Positions 36,741 through 51,417 of a stretch of 52,470 nucleotides of DNA are shown piece by piece. A model generated the notes under the pieces. The model saw nothing but the letters and a program-made list of their open reading frames with translations, was not told the origin of the DNA and did not search any database. Source of the stretch: Catajapyx aquilonaris. Lineage: Eukaryota. Position numbers and translations under genes: made by a program. The DNA lies in the NCBI GenBank assembly GCA_000934665.2, contig JYFJ02002702.1:1-52470 (forward strand). Reading direction: 5' to 3'. Each line of letters starts with the position of its first letter. Positions within the stretch are counted from its first letter, which is position 1.

Positions 36741-39700
36741 TCAGGAGCGAGCTGCTTGCTCGATGGTGAAGGGAGTCACCTGATACATAAAGCACCGGTT
36801 GCAAACACGAACTGGCTTCAGATGGCCGTAATGGGGCAGTGGAACTGAGTTGGAGCTGCATCGGGCACAAAACACCTGGAATGTAAGTACCGATATCATT
36901 TCCTGCTTTTGGAAGTACTCGTAACATTTGTGCATTATTTGTTCAGCCAACAAAAAACATGGTCAAAAGGGAGTAATTCAGCGTCATACCTTCCCACAAT
37001 TCCGGCAATGATGCCTCCTTCGCACCATTGTAAAGTGGGCTCGGCATCCCATGCAGTGTGGAGCCAACTCATCAGGAACCCAAGGCGGTGGTTGTTCAAT
37101 TCCTTCATTCTCTGGACTCAGGACATCCTCTGCATGGTCCACACTCCCAGTTGGGCTCTCTGAAAATGTATGCAATTATCAGTTTGCAGTTTACACTCAT
37201 AGGAAGCAATTATTGCAGCCAATTTATGACGGGACTTGTCCACACTGTGCTGTCTTGTTTGTAAAACCAACATACCTGATGAACGGTCCTCTGCATCTAA
37301 TTGCTGCAGGAGAGTATCACCATCTGTGGGTGGTGGAGATGCCGGAGGGACATCAGGACCAGGCGTTGCATTGATAGCAAAGACACACTTGAGAATGTTG
37401 CGGAGATCGCTGGCATAGTTCGTCTGAAGCTGGTCCGCAACTCCTGAGACACACACAAACAGGCGGTGGATCAGGTCTTCGCTGTTCCTGTTGAGAGAAG
37501 GCACAGTGTTAAACATATGAAAAAAATATGTTTAAAAGTGGGGATAAAAGGCAATTGCAATAGTTACAAGTCACCAAAAACTTCAGCATACTCACTTGAA
37601 CTTGGACCGAGCTTCGTTTCTGGTGGCAATCTCCGCTGCCTGCATAGCTAGAGCAATCTCCTCGTCATCCTGGCATTCCGAGTTGTACGAAGATGTGTCG
37701 CTACTACTGCACCTGTGTGAGTACATGAATTTGTTAGTTTGCAAAAACATAGGGAAGAATAGTATTAATTAACTATTAAATGTCATCATATAAAAGAATA
37801 TGCGTGGCACCAATAATATTATTTAAATTACGTAATGCATCATTTGTACAATGTTGGATACCAATGCATCAACGGGAATGGATTTTTGGACACTTTAATT
37901 TATTCACATAAATGCATTAGTTCCAACTGGGTTACCGCTTATGGTTGAGCAAGTACTACATGAGAAGCCAATTAATTATTATGGAGGCCAATTTGGCATT
38001 GCAGACGTAAAAATGAAGCATTGACCTTGTCTACTTGCTAGCTAGCAATGAACATTAATAACTGTACTCTTTGCCAGGGTGATGCCCTTGCAAACAGATC
38101 TCATGATGGTTTTAAAAAATAATTATCACTCAGCACCATCAGTACACCTAGTCCATAATTACATGCGTTTAATAAGAAATTCAGGTGTCTTATTTTGCAC
38201 CGTAAAACAATAACCAGCCAAGAACTTGGTTGCAAAGTTTGAATAGCGGCTATATTGCACTGGTGTGCCATGCAGAACAGAGATCACAAGCAGCAGGCTT
38301 CCTCATGAGGGAGCAATTTGATTGTTTGGAAGTTGAGCAGAAGTTTGGTCCCTGTGCTTACTCAGAGTGGCAGTCCTCACTGGCAGCTGTGCTCATGCTC
38401 CGACAGCTGGAACAAGCAGACGAGAGGCTGCTATTGTCCTGGTCGTGCGCTGGGTGCACTGGTGGGACTTCCAGTGGCACGCTGTAATACAGTAGGAGAG
38501 TTTCATATGAGTACGTGCACCCACTGATTTCACATCGATAAACAATGCCATGGTGTTTTGTGTTTATAAGCATTCAACAGCAGCTGTGTCGTAAAGACCA
38601 TGACCACCGACAATGAAGCCAACCTTGGAATGGTTGAATATAACTGACGAATCATGAAGGTCATATTTTAGTCCTGCTTGAATAGGGAATACGGCTATTG
38701 AAAAGCATATGACCCCTGCATTGATTTTACTCATAAAATAATGATAGTTTCACCTTGGGTTTGATTCTGTAAACAATAAGTACCGGTACTAAAGCCAAGC
38801 CATGGAAAATATATCAGGGATGCCATTTGTTTGTTGCTCATGATGGGGCTAACTGTAAATGAGTCTAACACGAACAATTGGGTTCAAATTAATATTACTT
38901 GACATAGTGTACCACCGCTGGTATGAAAAATGCAGTTGAATCCCTCAAATTCATTAAAAAGTCATATTTTCATTGTCTGGAGCAAAATCATGATGATGCA
39001 AGCAAAAACCCCACTTTCTGTGCCTAGGAATTCATGTATTTCCCCTGGACGTGAGCTCATTTGAATGAGTCATCCGCAGCGATGATTTAAGGGCACAGCC
39101 TCAGCTAAGAAGTCACCTTGGATGTACGTGGCAGTTGACAGTATGACCCAAGTAATATTTGCCTTGCAATATTTGCCAAAATGAATAATACCATATTTTC
39201 AGCATTGTCAATTATTATGAGCTACTTAAGGCTGTTTTTTTTTACATTTATCATGTTGAATGCCATTGTAAGATGCAGTGGCTTTGCATTGTGAATATTA
39301 ATGATATTTAAAAGCATACCTCAGCTGATCCTTGTGGACCTTGGGCGATCCGAAGATCTCCATTCCCCGTGTGTTCTGATTGATATCTTCCCTCGTATGG
39401 GCCCCTGTATGTCTCCTTGTCCGCTGCTTATTGACTGACCCACGCATCTCCGAGTAAGCGTAGTCACTTGGATGGCACTCCGGATTGAAGGCCTGGAATC
39501 GGCGGCAGACATCACAGCTCTGGGTGTCCGTAAATTGCTCGCTGTTCGAGTCCTCTGCTTGAGGTTCACTACCACTTCCACCACCACCACCATCACCACA
39601 CATATTGCTGCTTCCACACGAGCAGGAGATACTCCGGAGGTACCGCACCTGACTGCGCCGTGGGCTGCTTCCTCCGGGTCCTCGGTTCAAGGCACTGCGG

Positions 39701-42188
39701 TCACCCAGAACCGACACCAAGCTCTCCTGGACTGCCATCATTGCTCGCTCCGCCAACAAGTCCTCATGCGTTTCTGACTCTGACCGGTATGGACGACTTT
39801 GTGGCGTACGATCCGAGTCAAACTCATACTCCACCATTTCTACAGTGGGTGTCCTCTCATCATCCTCATCTTCAACCGGGTCGACAACGTCTTCCAAGTA
39901 CACAGACTCATTGGCAAGTCGCACGCTGTCTGCTTCTGGTCGCCTCCTTGCATGACAAGGCAGGTTCGCAGGGTAGAAGTCACGGATGAATTGCTTGCAG
40001 CTAGGGTAGTCTGTGTAGAACTTGTCTACGAAGTCGTCCAGATCTGGAATTGGATAGTTCTCCAGCATGGAGCCTGACGAGGAGGACTCTTCCTTGTTGC
40101 CAGTCTTCTTGTAATCCCGAGGCTCTTCCATGGAACACAGGGCCTTCTCCAAGGCGTACAGCTCTGCCTTGCTCAAGGTCCAGAGGAGCTCCCGGATTTT
40201 GAACAAAAGGGTCTGAAAAATTTAGGTCAGATTAGACTACAATAGTATGTGGTACACTCACATGCTACCTATACAATGCACACTATGTACGCAGTATTGA
40301 CGGTTACTCAATATGTTTGGTAACAAGTGCATGGTGCTGTGTACTGAAATTCTACTGCTTCATTGCAGACTGGTTTTGTTGCAATTAAATTACCAGCAAA
40401 TCCTAGTGTAATTTTTGCAAGGACAAGCTAAGAAACTATGTATTAACTTATGCAAGTGCATAATTAGCATAAATCAAATGCAGCAGTATGTTAAATTCAG
40501 TTCATGAAGCAAGACAGTTTTCCAATGTAAACATCACTGCACATGACTGATGAATGCTGAAATACTGTACATTGATTGCACAGTCAATTTATCAAGTGGA
40601 CATTACATAATAGGTACTGGTACCACTCACTAGGCAGGTGCACTATTGACATTTTCAGAGAAGTAGTCACAGCGGTCTTGACCTTTCCACAAGACATTCA
40701 TTTTTAGCCCTCATGCACACAAAAACAGTCTGTAACAAAATATGATGACATTCAAGCCTCGAGGAAGGCGGAATGAGTTGCCAGATGCAATAAAACAGGT
40801 TGACATCCAGGGAAGTAAACACCATGTGGTGATGCATTATGGATTTTTGTGGATATTTTTGGCCAGAAGGGCGAGGCATACCCTGAAAGGACGAAACATC
40901 TCCGACATCTCAATAGGATCCTGGTCCACGCTGAGAGGACCATCAGGATAAATGAGAAGACCACAGACGATGGCTAAGCGAGGTATAGTGAACATCAAGG
41001 CAGGGTCGTAATCGTCCACCATTTCTTGTGTAAGAAGCTCCATTTTCAGCGCCCTGAAACAACATAACAAAAGGAAGGTTTTCACCATCTGGTGCAAAAA
41101 AAAAATGAAACAAGAAGATCATATCTAACAAGGGAAAGAACAACTACTCATTGCATGCACACTACAACAGATGTAGACATATTTAGAGTGACTTTTATTT
41201 ATGAGCTTTCACTGATGATATTAAACTCCCAAGATAAGAAAGGGAAAACTTGGGCTTGGAACCTATCTGTGTACATAAGTGTTGCCACTGTGTCACTCCA
41301 CCTCCCCTCCTTACTCTTATTACAATAATTGACAAAAGTGTTAGAATTATTATCATATCATGTTCAATTGTTCATTCTTTTTTATTTCACATCAGCATTT
41401 GCATAATAACTTTTTGTATAATTTGCATAATGACGTTTGCTACACTAAGATTGACCCTGCTGTGTTTGATGTCCTTCAAAATTGTGTTGCTGTATAATTT
41501 TACAAACCATTATTTCTAATTAATTTGTATCAATTTATTGCATCTTTGAATCTCACCTCTGAAGCGTCTCCGAGAACAAGACGATGACACTCTGCTGGAT
41601 GTCATACTCCTTCATGGTCTTGACTGGCACCATGGCGCTGACGTAGCTCAACTCAAACTCTGCGAACAGTCGGTCAAAGATCTTGAGCGATTCCCTGATC
41701 TTCTCTGTAAACTCCGGAGGATTCTTGAAGCATTGATCTCGCAGGAGGTTCCTCACGTTCTCCAGGGACTTGGTCAGAGCCTTTGCCAAAGGACGCATGC
41801 TTGCGCTCTCAACCTCACGGTTCATTATGCTGGAGCCTGCTGCCAGACACTGTAAGCCAAAATTGTGATGTTAACCACTGTCTTTTCTGGCATGTAAAGT
41901 AAAACCTACCTCAGCACCAAACCAGAGCTGTCCTGCGAGGTTCTCCTGGAGCACGTCGTCTGGGAACTTGACCCTGAAGTCCCTGTTGGCCCTTTCCCTG
42001 CAGATGACCTCGTCCATTATGAGGTTGCAGATGTTGAGCACCTTGTCCTGGCACTGCCGGAGGTGGTTGACCAGCGAGGTGCATCTCTCCGGGTCCTTTC
42101 GACCATCGAAACTGTCCAGTTCCGCCGCTACGATGTTCAGCTCCTCGTCTGCATAGAAGAACTGCGCCAGGAGGGACTTGTCGTCTCT
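36741..42188 (-). CDS. ZFYVE28: Lateral signaling target protein 2 homolog (FYVE domain); 5'-partial
   Basis: Exons 42188-41910, 41849-41557, 41053-40882, 40212-39320, 38481-38362, 37712-37596, 37487-37276, 37159-36990, 36875-36741 (in frame). [57 protein letters not shown] and [27 protein letters not shown], plus the FYVE domain [25 protein letters not shown]. The short first coding exon was not found upstream within the window. Confidence 0.96.
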
Positions 42189-45100
42189 CTACAAAGAAAA
42201 AAGCAACCATATATTTACCACCAGGTATTACACTTATTTATTCATATTGCAACCACTTCTGCTGCCTACAATTCTTTCAAAGCAGGCGTCGGTCGTCGTA
42301 CTTTGCGGACACGACCCCTAACCTAAAATTAGCAACTGGAAAAGATGACCAGTTGACCAGACGAGCCCCATCCCTCAAAAACCGGCCATCCGAAGAGTGC
42401 GCATGAGACTGGTACCGTTGCTCCTCGCACAAAACTGGGTCACTGCATGGTCAGATGGGCAGAAGCAAACAACCCTCGGTGAGTGTTTTTGCAACCAAGA
42501 CCCATAACCTCTTTTTTGCACCGGGTTATGTAGTGTGTACCATCCCTCAGAAAACAGCTGTTCGTTTCGAAACGATGGCTTAGTACTTCCTATTTGCTGG
42601 CATTATGCAGATCACCGTCTGTAGCCTGGATAGGAACGTGACCTGTGATTACGGTACGCAAATCCTGGTCAGAATATCTTCAAAAACAAAGACAGGATAC
42701 GTCAGTAAAAAATTGAGACTCATCATTAGACTGAAAAGTACATGAAACCTCAATTTTTGAAGCTTTATAAAGTCAAAATATTTTTCCAAGTCCAGAAGTG
42801 AAAGTTCTTCGACACACTGTCCCTGTATAGGAAACAACTATCTGTTGACTGACAGACAGCCTGACCCTCCCCGATATCTGCCCCATACACTCACATACTC
42901 ACATACGAAAGGAGGTTAACATTAAGGCCGATAATAATACCCCCCCTCGAGTCCAAAGATCGAAACCGCCCTAAATTTTCTGGTTGCATCCGGTATACCA
43001 ATAATGTTCCGCAAGACGGCTTCTTCTTGGCCTGTAAGTCACACACATGATTATAATAATATTATGCGTGTGTCTCCAGCGTCCCTTATATGTGCTGGGT
43101 GCCCCGCAGAATGATGCCCTTGAGACACGAAAGTGCCAGATAGTCTCCATCCGAGTCCGTTCGTTCCATACATGCTCGCCACGTAAGCCTTATTTCGTCG
43201 GTGTCACCCAAAGCAGAGTCACGAAATCCGTCTAATGAGTGCTCTAATGCACGCCAACAGTGAACGTAAAGTTAGTTGCGACACTCCAAACAATTTGTTG
43301 AGCGGTTGCTAGGTTAAACAATCCAGCTACAAACGTCATGTCCGTAAATGGCACATCCATATATGTAAATAATTAATGCCAGCGTCATACTCTGGTACTA
43401 TTCACGTCTCTAAGGTATGAACCAGAAGCCCCAGCAGGCCCAAAATACATCAGCTTATATGACCTTCCCTTTGGTAAAAATGTGTCCTCACGTTATGTTC
43501 TCGTTCATCGCTCCGGACACGATACTTTCGCTCCGCTTAATTAGGAAATAATGACGTCCCCTGGCGTGACAAGCATAATATTTGGAAGCCCACATACACA
43601 CCAGCCCTTAATTTTGTTTTAAAAAAATTTTACGCTGTTTATTTTCCATGGCCCGTACTGGACACTCCATTTCCCAAACAAGGCACTAAAATTAAATGCT
43701 TTTCGGTGGCAAAGTGGCAATTTACACTCTTGCACTTTTCCCTAGGAAAAAAAGCAAGCCCGGGTGTAAAAGCACAAACAATACCAGTCCCTTTTTCACC
43801 CAAAATCCCTGGTGCTGCATAATATCACGCGGAAGCTGCGGAAACTGCCAGTAGTAAAATCTGGGGAGGCGTATATAAACGCTGCCAGCCTCCCCGGAAA
43901 AAGCTCAAGTTGTTGGCAGGCCCGTAACCTTTATCTGGTCATCTGCACTGCGGACTCTCGACGCCCAAGAAGGCACACACACACACAAAAAATCACTGTC
44001 ACTCTGTCAGGTAAGCGGAAAAAGTCACCAAAAAAAGGGGGGGCCTGTCACAAGGTGCTACCAATTCATGGACGAGCAAGCTTGCACAAACAACCGCGAA
44101 GTGAAAGCACGACACTGCACACAGACTTCCAGCAATAATCCCAAAAACTGCTGGAGTATTTCAGCCAAATTTTTGCCACGCATGCGCATACCCACAGGTA
44201 GATCCTGATGTGCACACAGCTCATGCGCAGATCCTTCACGTTTTACCAGCTTATGCAATGTACCACCCTGTACATATGACCCCCCCAAAAAATACTGAAA
44301 GTCACATACTCGCCATGAAGTCGCCATTCTGTCCAAGACGCAGTAGTCACACTGACGAAAAATTTGGTTCGCTGAACCCCCCCTTTTCTCTCCCTCTTGT
44401 TGAATCGATCTGAAGGGGGGCCCAGTCCAGTTTGGGTTCTAGGGAGGGCTCTATAGTTGCCTGGTTGGTACGAGTTGCTGGTGAGGAGGGGGGGCAAAGC
44501 AGAGCCCATGAAAAATTTACGCTCTGATTGCTATTTACTCCTGTTGCGTATATACCGATTGAGCCGCAGGAAGTTGCGGCTTCGCTCTCACTATTCCGGA
44601 TGGCTTCTTTCTCATGGGGACACCCTGGTTTTGTTCAGGGAGAGTACGTGGAGACGAATATATTCTGGAGAGGGGGGGGGGGTTCATAATACGTATGGGT
44701 TCAAGGGAAGAAATTAAATGGAGAGACACGTAGCTGCACGTGTTGATGTGTGGTCAGGGTGGGAATACGTGGAGTTTAAATCCGTACTGTTGTGGCGAGG
44801 AATTTGCGTCACTGCAAAGGTGTCTGACCATACCACGATGATTCAAAGTAATTCTGGTGCAATCAGCCTATTTAATCCCGATCGTTAAACAAAAATTGCG
44901 GTTGGTGCCTAGCGATGATAGCCGTGTTATCAAAATAGTTTTGTCGCGATAGGTTATCTCTCCGTTATGTGCAGTCTGCTTGTTTAAAAAAAATTAGTGT
45001 AAACTTGTACAGACAACGTACAGGGTGGTACACAGGCCAAGTGCGCAGTTCGTATGGATTTGTTCATTCTTGCCCTTTAAAGGCTGGAGAATAACATCCT

Positions 45101-48100
45101 AAACTTCTCAGTCTCTCAGTTTTTTTACTATCAGTGTTAAATCGCACAGCCATATTAGCGCTGAAACGCATGCCTCAAAAAAAAATGGACCTTGGAAGCT
45201 ATTTTGAAATATATAGAGACAGATTTCAAAAGGCAGCAGCTATAAATCAGAACCCGCATCTTATGCAACCGTGATAATCCAGCCTCGTATATTTTGGAAT
45301 CAAGAAGTTAGGGCATAAGTCTACACTGAAATTAGTCGTAACTTTACATGTGAAGAGACTGCTATGATGCCCCCTGCAACTGGAGATTAACAGACACGCT
45401 GTTTTTAAAAGGCAGCCCACTATTGTTCACCAGGCTTAAGTGCAGCTTAGGGAGCCTCAGTAAATTACTACACTGCAGTACCACTGCATAAGTAGACTAA
45501 AATAAATACACGGTCACTGACTCTTCTTATTAGCTACGTACATTCTTTTTCATAGACACTACATCATATGCATTGTGTGCTGAGATTAAATGATCATTTG
45601 GTTCGCATCATGCGAATCACTATTAAGCACCTGTGAGATAACTCAATTTCGCCAAATTTTCCGCGGTAGCAAAGTTTTAATTGGCGAATTTCTCCCAGCA
45701 TTACTAGAAAATGACGACACTTTTGCTGGAGTCTTGGGTCTTCCGGTGTCTGCTGCGGCAATTACATTACAAATTGGCTTTTTGGAGAGAGGAGAGGGAG
45801 GGAGAGAGAGAAGAGAAGAGAAGGAAGCTTGAGCAGAAGAGACGAGGCGTAGTAGTTTTCTGGGGATGTGCCTTAACATCACTGCGAGGATTTGCACTGG
45901 GCGGAAGCAGCTCTTCTCAACAAAGCAAGAAGACACTGCCTTGGCTCTTTGCCCCCTTAGCTTTGCTGCAGCTCAGGAACACAAATCCCCGATAATTCCT
46001 CCAGCCCTATATGGATACACAACGGAGTCGCCAACAATTTTCTTCTCATCCACTCAGGAAGAAATGACTCACATTTTTTTCCCCCTCTCTCTCTCACACA
46101 CACAGTCTGACCAGCAGTATCAGAAGCGGAAACTAGTTAAGATTTGGACCCGGGTTGAAAGAACCGCAACCAGCAGGAAATATTATTCTTGTCTGCTGTA
46201 TTGTTGCGTCGACTGCAGTGCAACTCTGAAAATAACCCTCTCTTATCCTCCCAGTGGAATGTAACGTGTTCTCAGCGTGTCCTGGAATTCACAAAGAGAT
46301 TGGGACGAAGGCATATCGCGAAACGCCTTTTTGATTCGATTCATGACGGCATTTTATATTTCTCTCTCTCTTCTCATTCTTTTTTTTTTCCTTCCATCTT
46401 CTTCCCGAGGGTATGGAAGAGATTGCGATTTTTCCCTATGCTGTGCACATTTTTCTAACGGGATTGCAACAACGCACGGCTCAACGGGAATGGGTTTCGC
46501 ATTGCATGTTCATCTCGAGACAATCAGGTCATTCCTGCAGAATGTGCTGCGTGCGCTTTTAGATCCGGACAAACTTTAATGGAAATAGGTGTAGTGTGTC
46601 ACCACCAGGAGCTGGATTCACATATAAAAAAGGGGGGTATAGAGTTCCGAGCTTTTAGTATTCTGGCTAATAACTGCGACAGAAATTAATCGTATGGATT
46701 AACATTTTAATGGGCGCCGGTTTCAATTGGCAATATGTGCGAGATGCGTCAATTGAGCATATTAGGAAGCGCATCTGCACTGTAATTAAACCTAATAAAT
46801 TCCTAGCTCGTTTATGGCTCTAATTTAAACATTTGTTGGCAGCTTATACGAGTGTTGTCTGGAATTTCCAAGAACTGGAGTTCAAAGGAAAGGAGCGTTC
46901 TAAGAAATGGCTATCATTTCCTATGTAAAAAAATTTATTGCAGCTACGTAACGGCCAAGTTGATAAGCGGATTCCACGAACAATGACGCGCATAAGCCTC
47001 AAAAATGTATCCTACTAAAAAGGGAAATAATCGTTTCCCTATTTTAAATCCGACACCAGGAAATTGACACCTCTTTTTTTTCCTCATACATGACGCACGT
47101 CACTTGAGCAGTTTTAGTCAAATGGTAATTTCCCCCCGACTAAAAAAAGAAATAGCTGGAGAACAGTTTTCCTAATGTGATGAAGCTGAGGGAGCAACAA
47201 ACTTGGTGTAAGTGGCAGTCTCTCAAGGCTGGAATAAAAAAAAAAGAAAAGGTCAACGATTTCGGTTGAGAGGAACTTCACGGGGAATGTCCAATCATAG
47301 CCTCGCCTCTTGTTATTCTCAATATGAAAAAAAAACTGACGCGTCTCATCCGCGACCGACCTTCCGCTATCTTAAGGGTCATCTAGATTTGCACCTCGAT
47401 CCTTTTTCCCCTCCACTTATATTGTAATCATATATACGATGGCGAAACTTCTCCATTCGAATGAGAAGCGTGACCTTACACGCGCCTTGTAGGCCAAAGG
47501 CCTCTTGCTAGATGTATAATACGTAATGAATGAAAAGGACGAAATATTTTCGCTTCCTTTTTCCAACTGCTCTTTTTTTTGCATTTGGTGTGAACAACCT
47601 GCGGCCATTTTGGATGCGCATTAATTTCGAGCGGTTTGCGACGCACACAGTACCGGATGGCATTGAAAAAAGTGTATGCAAAGTGTTCTTGGGCGGAATA
47701 CAAAAAAAAAGAGGAGTGAAAAAATAAACGAGTTTGGAGCAACCTTGCTGCGTCCTACACGTTCTCCAATAGGAGAGGGAAATGACTGCTGACTCCCACG
47801 TTTTCTAGCAAAACTGCGAATAAGGCGATTGCGAAAAATACTTCAAAAAAAGAGAAGAAAACTAGACCACTAGAAGTTGAGCTGTCGCCTAAGGATTTCC
47901 TAATGAAAATGTCAGGGAAGTTTGAGACAAAAAAAAGGCATCCAAAACCTCATGGGAATTTCCTCCGCCTTGCTGTCAACAGCATATTTCGCATTGCTGT
48001 CACTATTTTCGGGTGACACCAGAGACTTTATTTAAAAAAATGCGAGAGTAGGCAGGTATTACAGGTGCATTGCCCCCAGTCTTATCAGAACAGCGACGAA

Positions 48101-51100
48101 TTGTTCACCAGAGAAACTCTAATCAATCATATATGTGCACTTGTCAGTGCGCCTGTGTGTGTAAAATAAATATACGATCCTTGACCAAGTTATCTCGGCC
48201 AGGGCTTTTTGGTTAATTCCCCTTGAAGGCAGCGAGAGTTGATTGGGGTCATGCATCGGGAAAGGGACAAGGATTGTTACACCATCTGTGGACCTGCAGC
48301 CTCCCAAATATCGGGATTTAGAGGCAAGGAAGGTTGCCGGCTCGTTTTGAGGGGCCCACACCTGCGACACAGGTTGCATATTGCAGGAGGAACTCGGCCG
48401 CATTAAACTAGAAGCAACATTTCGCCATATTGTCGCCTGAATATGTAACAGCCATTTTGTGTTGCAGGCTATCAAAATTATCCCCCGGTCCTGATATTGC
48501 ACTTTTTTTGGTCACATATGTACACGTCCATACTAAGAACAGGGCCACCGTAGCATGCCATCAAAATTCCAGTGATGGATATGCACGAGCACTATAAACA
48601 ACAGAGTACGGTTGGATAAATGACGCAAATCACTGCCCATAAAAAAAACCCCAAGAGAGGACTTTTTTTTACACACAAAAAAATGGTGGCCGCACCAGCA
48701 CGCATGCAGCCATCACGCCCTTAACCGTCTCAAATCACATCTGAAACAATATTTCACACCCAGCCGGTGGTTGAGGAAGTGAAAGTCTGAGGGGCTTCAG
48801 AATATTATCCACGGTTGTCAGGCACGTGTCGTTAGTGTGACGCACGACAGCGTATCAGATCAGTCTGCACAGCAACCGACTTGACCTGTGACCCCCCCTC
48901 CAGACCCACCTTGCACATTCGGACAAAGAATGCATTATGTTCGATCCAGGAATCTAACCCCGGTGTTGTATGAAATAATATTAATCAAAGGTTATTCACT
49001 CTCAGTTTGTGTGTGTGTGTACACGGACTTTGGACTACGTCAACTTGCGATTTTTTTTGCACAATTGAAATATGCCAAGTCTTTAACGAAGCTGTAACCA
49101 ATGTATTATTACAACTCACACTTATCGACCACGTCAACGGTATTTTATAGTTTATACTGTACAAACTGACGTCCTCGCTGACGTCACTGAAAAAAAAGCC
49201 ACATATGCTCTGTTAATAGACTTTTGTGTAAGTCTGCTGCCCTTTGTTGCTTATCCCTTGACCCTCCCACACGAGGCTTTATGCGATGCTGCAGTGAGCA
49301 AAGTCATAGAAGGATATGAATATATACATTTACAGTGAGGGCAAACATCGGGTCAGACTGGACAATTCCCCGACATGCCGAGCTCTGAAAGTCAAAACGT
49401 TCATGTGATAAATTAGCGAGGCAGTTGAACTGAATGATTAATCTGCATCACATGTTTTTGACGACATCAAGTTATAACTGCGAAGATATACGCGTGACGT
49501 AACTCGTGTCGCAGATATTTTGCTGGAAACTTTTTGACTAATAGCGACTCAGTCGTGTAATTGCATGGCGTACAATGTTACGTCAGTTATAATGTGCAAA
49601 TGTAAGAGGTTTATGCAAATGCGAATACTCCGCACTTCCTGTCTCAGCTTGATTTAATGCATTACTAATCACGCGGTCACTGCAGTTGGCTCGTTTCATG
49701 AATAATGTTTACTTTTCAGGAGAAATAACCGTTTCATGAAGTCACAATTACACCATGAATTAGCATGATTTTTTTCCACGACTTTTTTTTTTGAAGAAGA
49801 AAAAAAAAATGGAAGGAAGAAAGCAATTTTCAGGCGTTACTTCCCTCAGCAGGAAGCGCAGTTGATTAATTAGCCCCTTCAAGACACTGCACAGTCCGGT
49901 ACCTAGAGTAAACAATGGAGCGTACTGTACACGTATGTACAATAAGTATTCTGCGCCTTGCGACAATGAGGCGTCGTGCAAAAATGGGGAGTGCAAATTG
50001 GAGCCTATTTTCTCTTCCCCGACACCCTTCGCTTCCGTCTCCGCCATTGTTCTTTGTTAAGATTTACGCCTCTGGTCAAATTAATTTCCTTTATGTTTTT
50101 TCGGTGACGTAGATCGACTCGTTGCATATCTCACCTGAGGTTACACTGTGGTTGGCAGGTCCAGTTTTACTGCACCAATCCCCCCAAAAAATTGTTTCCT
50201 ATTTTTATGGTACTGATGTTGCCTCCAGAAAAACTGTTTGTAGTGTCGGCATACAGTTTGAGTAATAATACCCCCCCCCCCCAATTAAATTGATCATCTG
50301 CAGACGTCCAGGCACAGCCAGATGATCCTATTTTAATTTTTATGATTGGTGCTCCTGCTATAGATTAGGGTATTGTCATTTCGCGCAGTTGGCCTGGCTA
50401 ATCTTCTTAGTGCATTAAACATGAATGCCTTTTTGCACCTGATCGATGGCGATGAACGCGGTTTGAATAGGACAAGTGGGACAACACGTCCCTGATTCCC
50501 TCGTCATCTCCACACCATCATGTGCCAATGACGCAGTGTTCTCCTAGTAGGCAGTGTTGCCGGGAGATAATCAAGAAAAAGCGGTCACCAGTGTCACATG
50601 ATGACGTGCAACGATCCTAGCAACATGCGTCTCTTGTTGTCGGTTTCTTTTGCCTTTTGGTGTGAAAACCAGTTGAGCAACCGCCTGACAATTCAATTGT
50701 ATACTGTACGGAAATGGATGTGGGAGTCGTGTTTCTCATCACGCCCGATTCGTATTACAGAGCAGAGTTGCCATAAAAATCTATTCCCTACAATATAGGA
50801 AAAGGCATCTTGCAGAGATAACAGAGGCCATAGCAACAGGGGACTCTTGCTAAAAAAGGGCGTTGTTCAGGCGGTTATTCGAAACATGGCTCTATACACA
50901 TAGTAAATTCTGTGTGCAGAGAGTCCCTTCCGCATTATCCTAATGACCAAAAAAGGAATAATCCCACCCCCCCTTTGTTTGCTTGATGACATAACCCGCA
51001 TAATACACAGGGCGAGCCATTTTACCCTGGTCCCTTAATTAACCCGCAGGTGGACATTGCACGCAGAAATGGTCAACCTCTTTTTGTCTCATTTTTTTGT

Positions 51101-51381
51101 GAGTCGGGTGGGGGGGAGGGGGACACACGTCAAGCATCACTTTTATGAGGTTTGCATTCATAATTGGCCTCCATCGAAGCACCGCATCGAGCACAACGAA
51201 ATTACCGCCCCCTCTCCCAGCAATTAATGCGGACCTCCAAAATGAGCTTATGTCACAGAGATTTTCGAGATGGTCAGATACACTCGTTAGCAATTAGGCA
51301 GCCTCGACATGCATTTTTTAACGTGCAATTAGGCACACACAGTTCCGACAAACTGAATTCGCAGTTTATGAACGCCGGAAG

Positions 51382-51384
<3 letters not shown>

Positions 51385-51415
<31 letters not shown>
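51385..51415. repeat. (CA)n microsatellite
   Basis: Direct reading, ~15 units. Confidence 0.95.
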
Positions 51416-51417
<2 letters not shown>

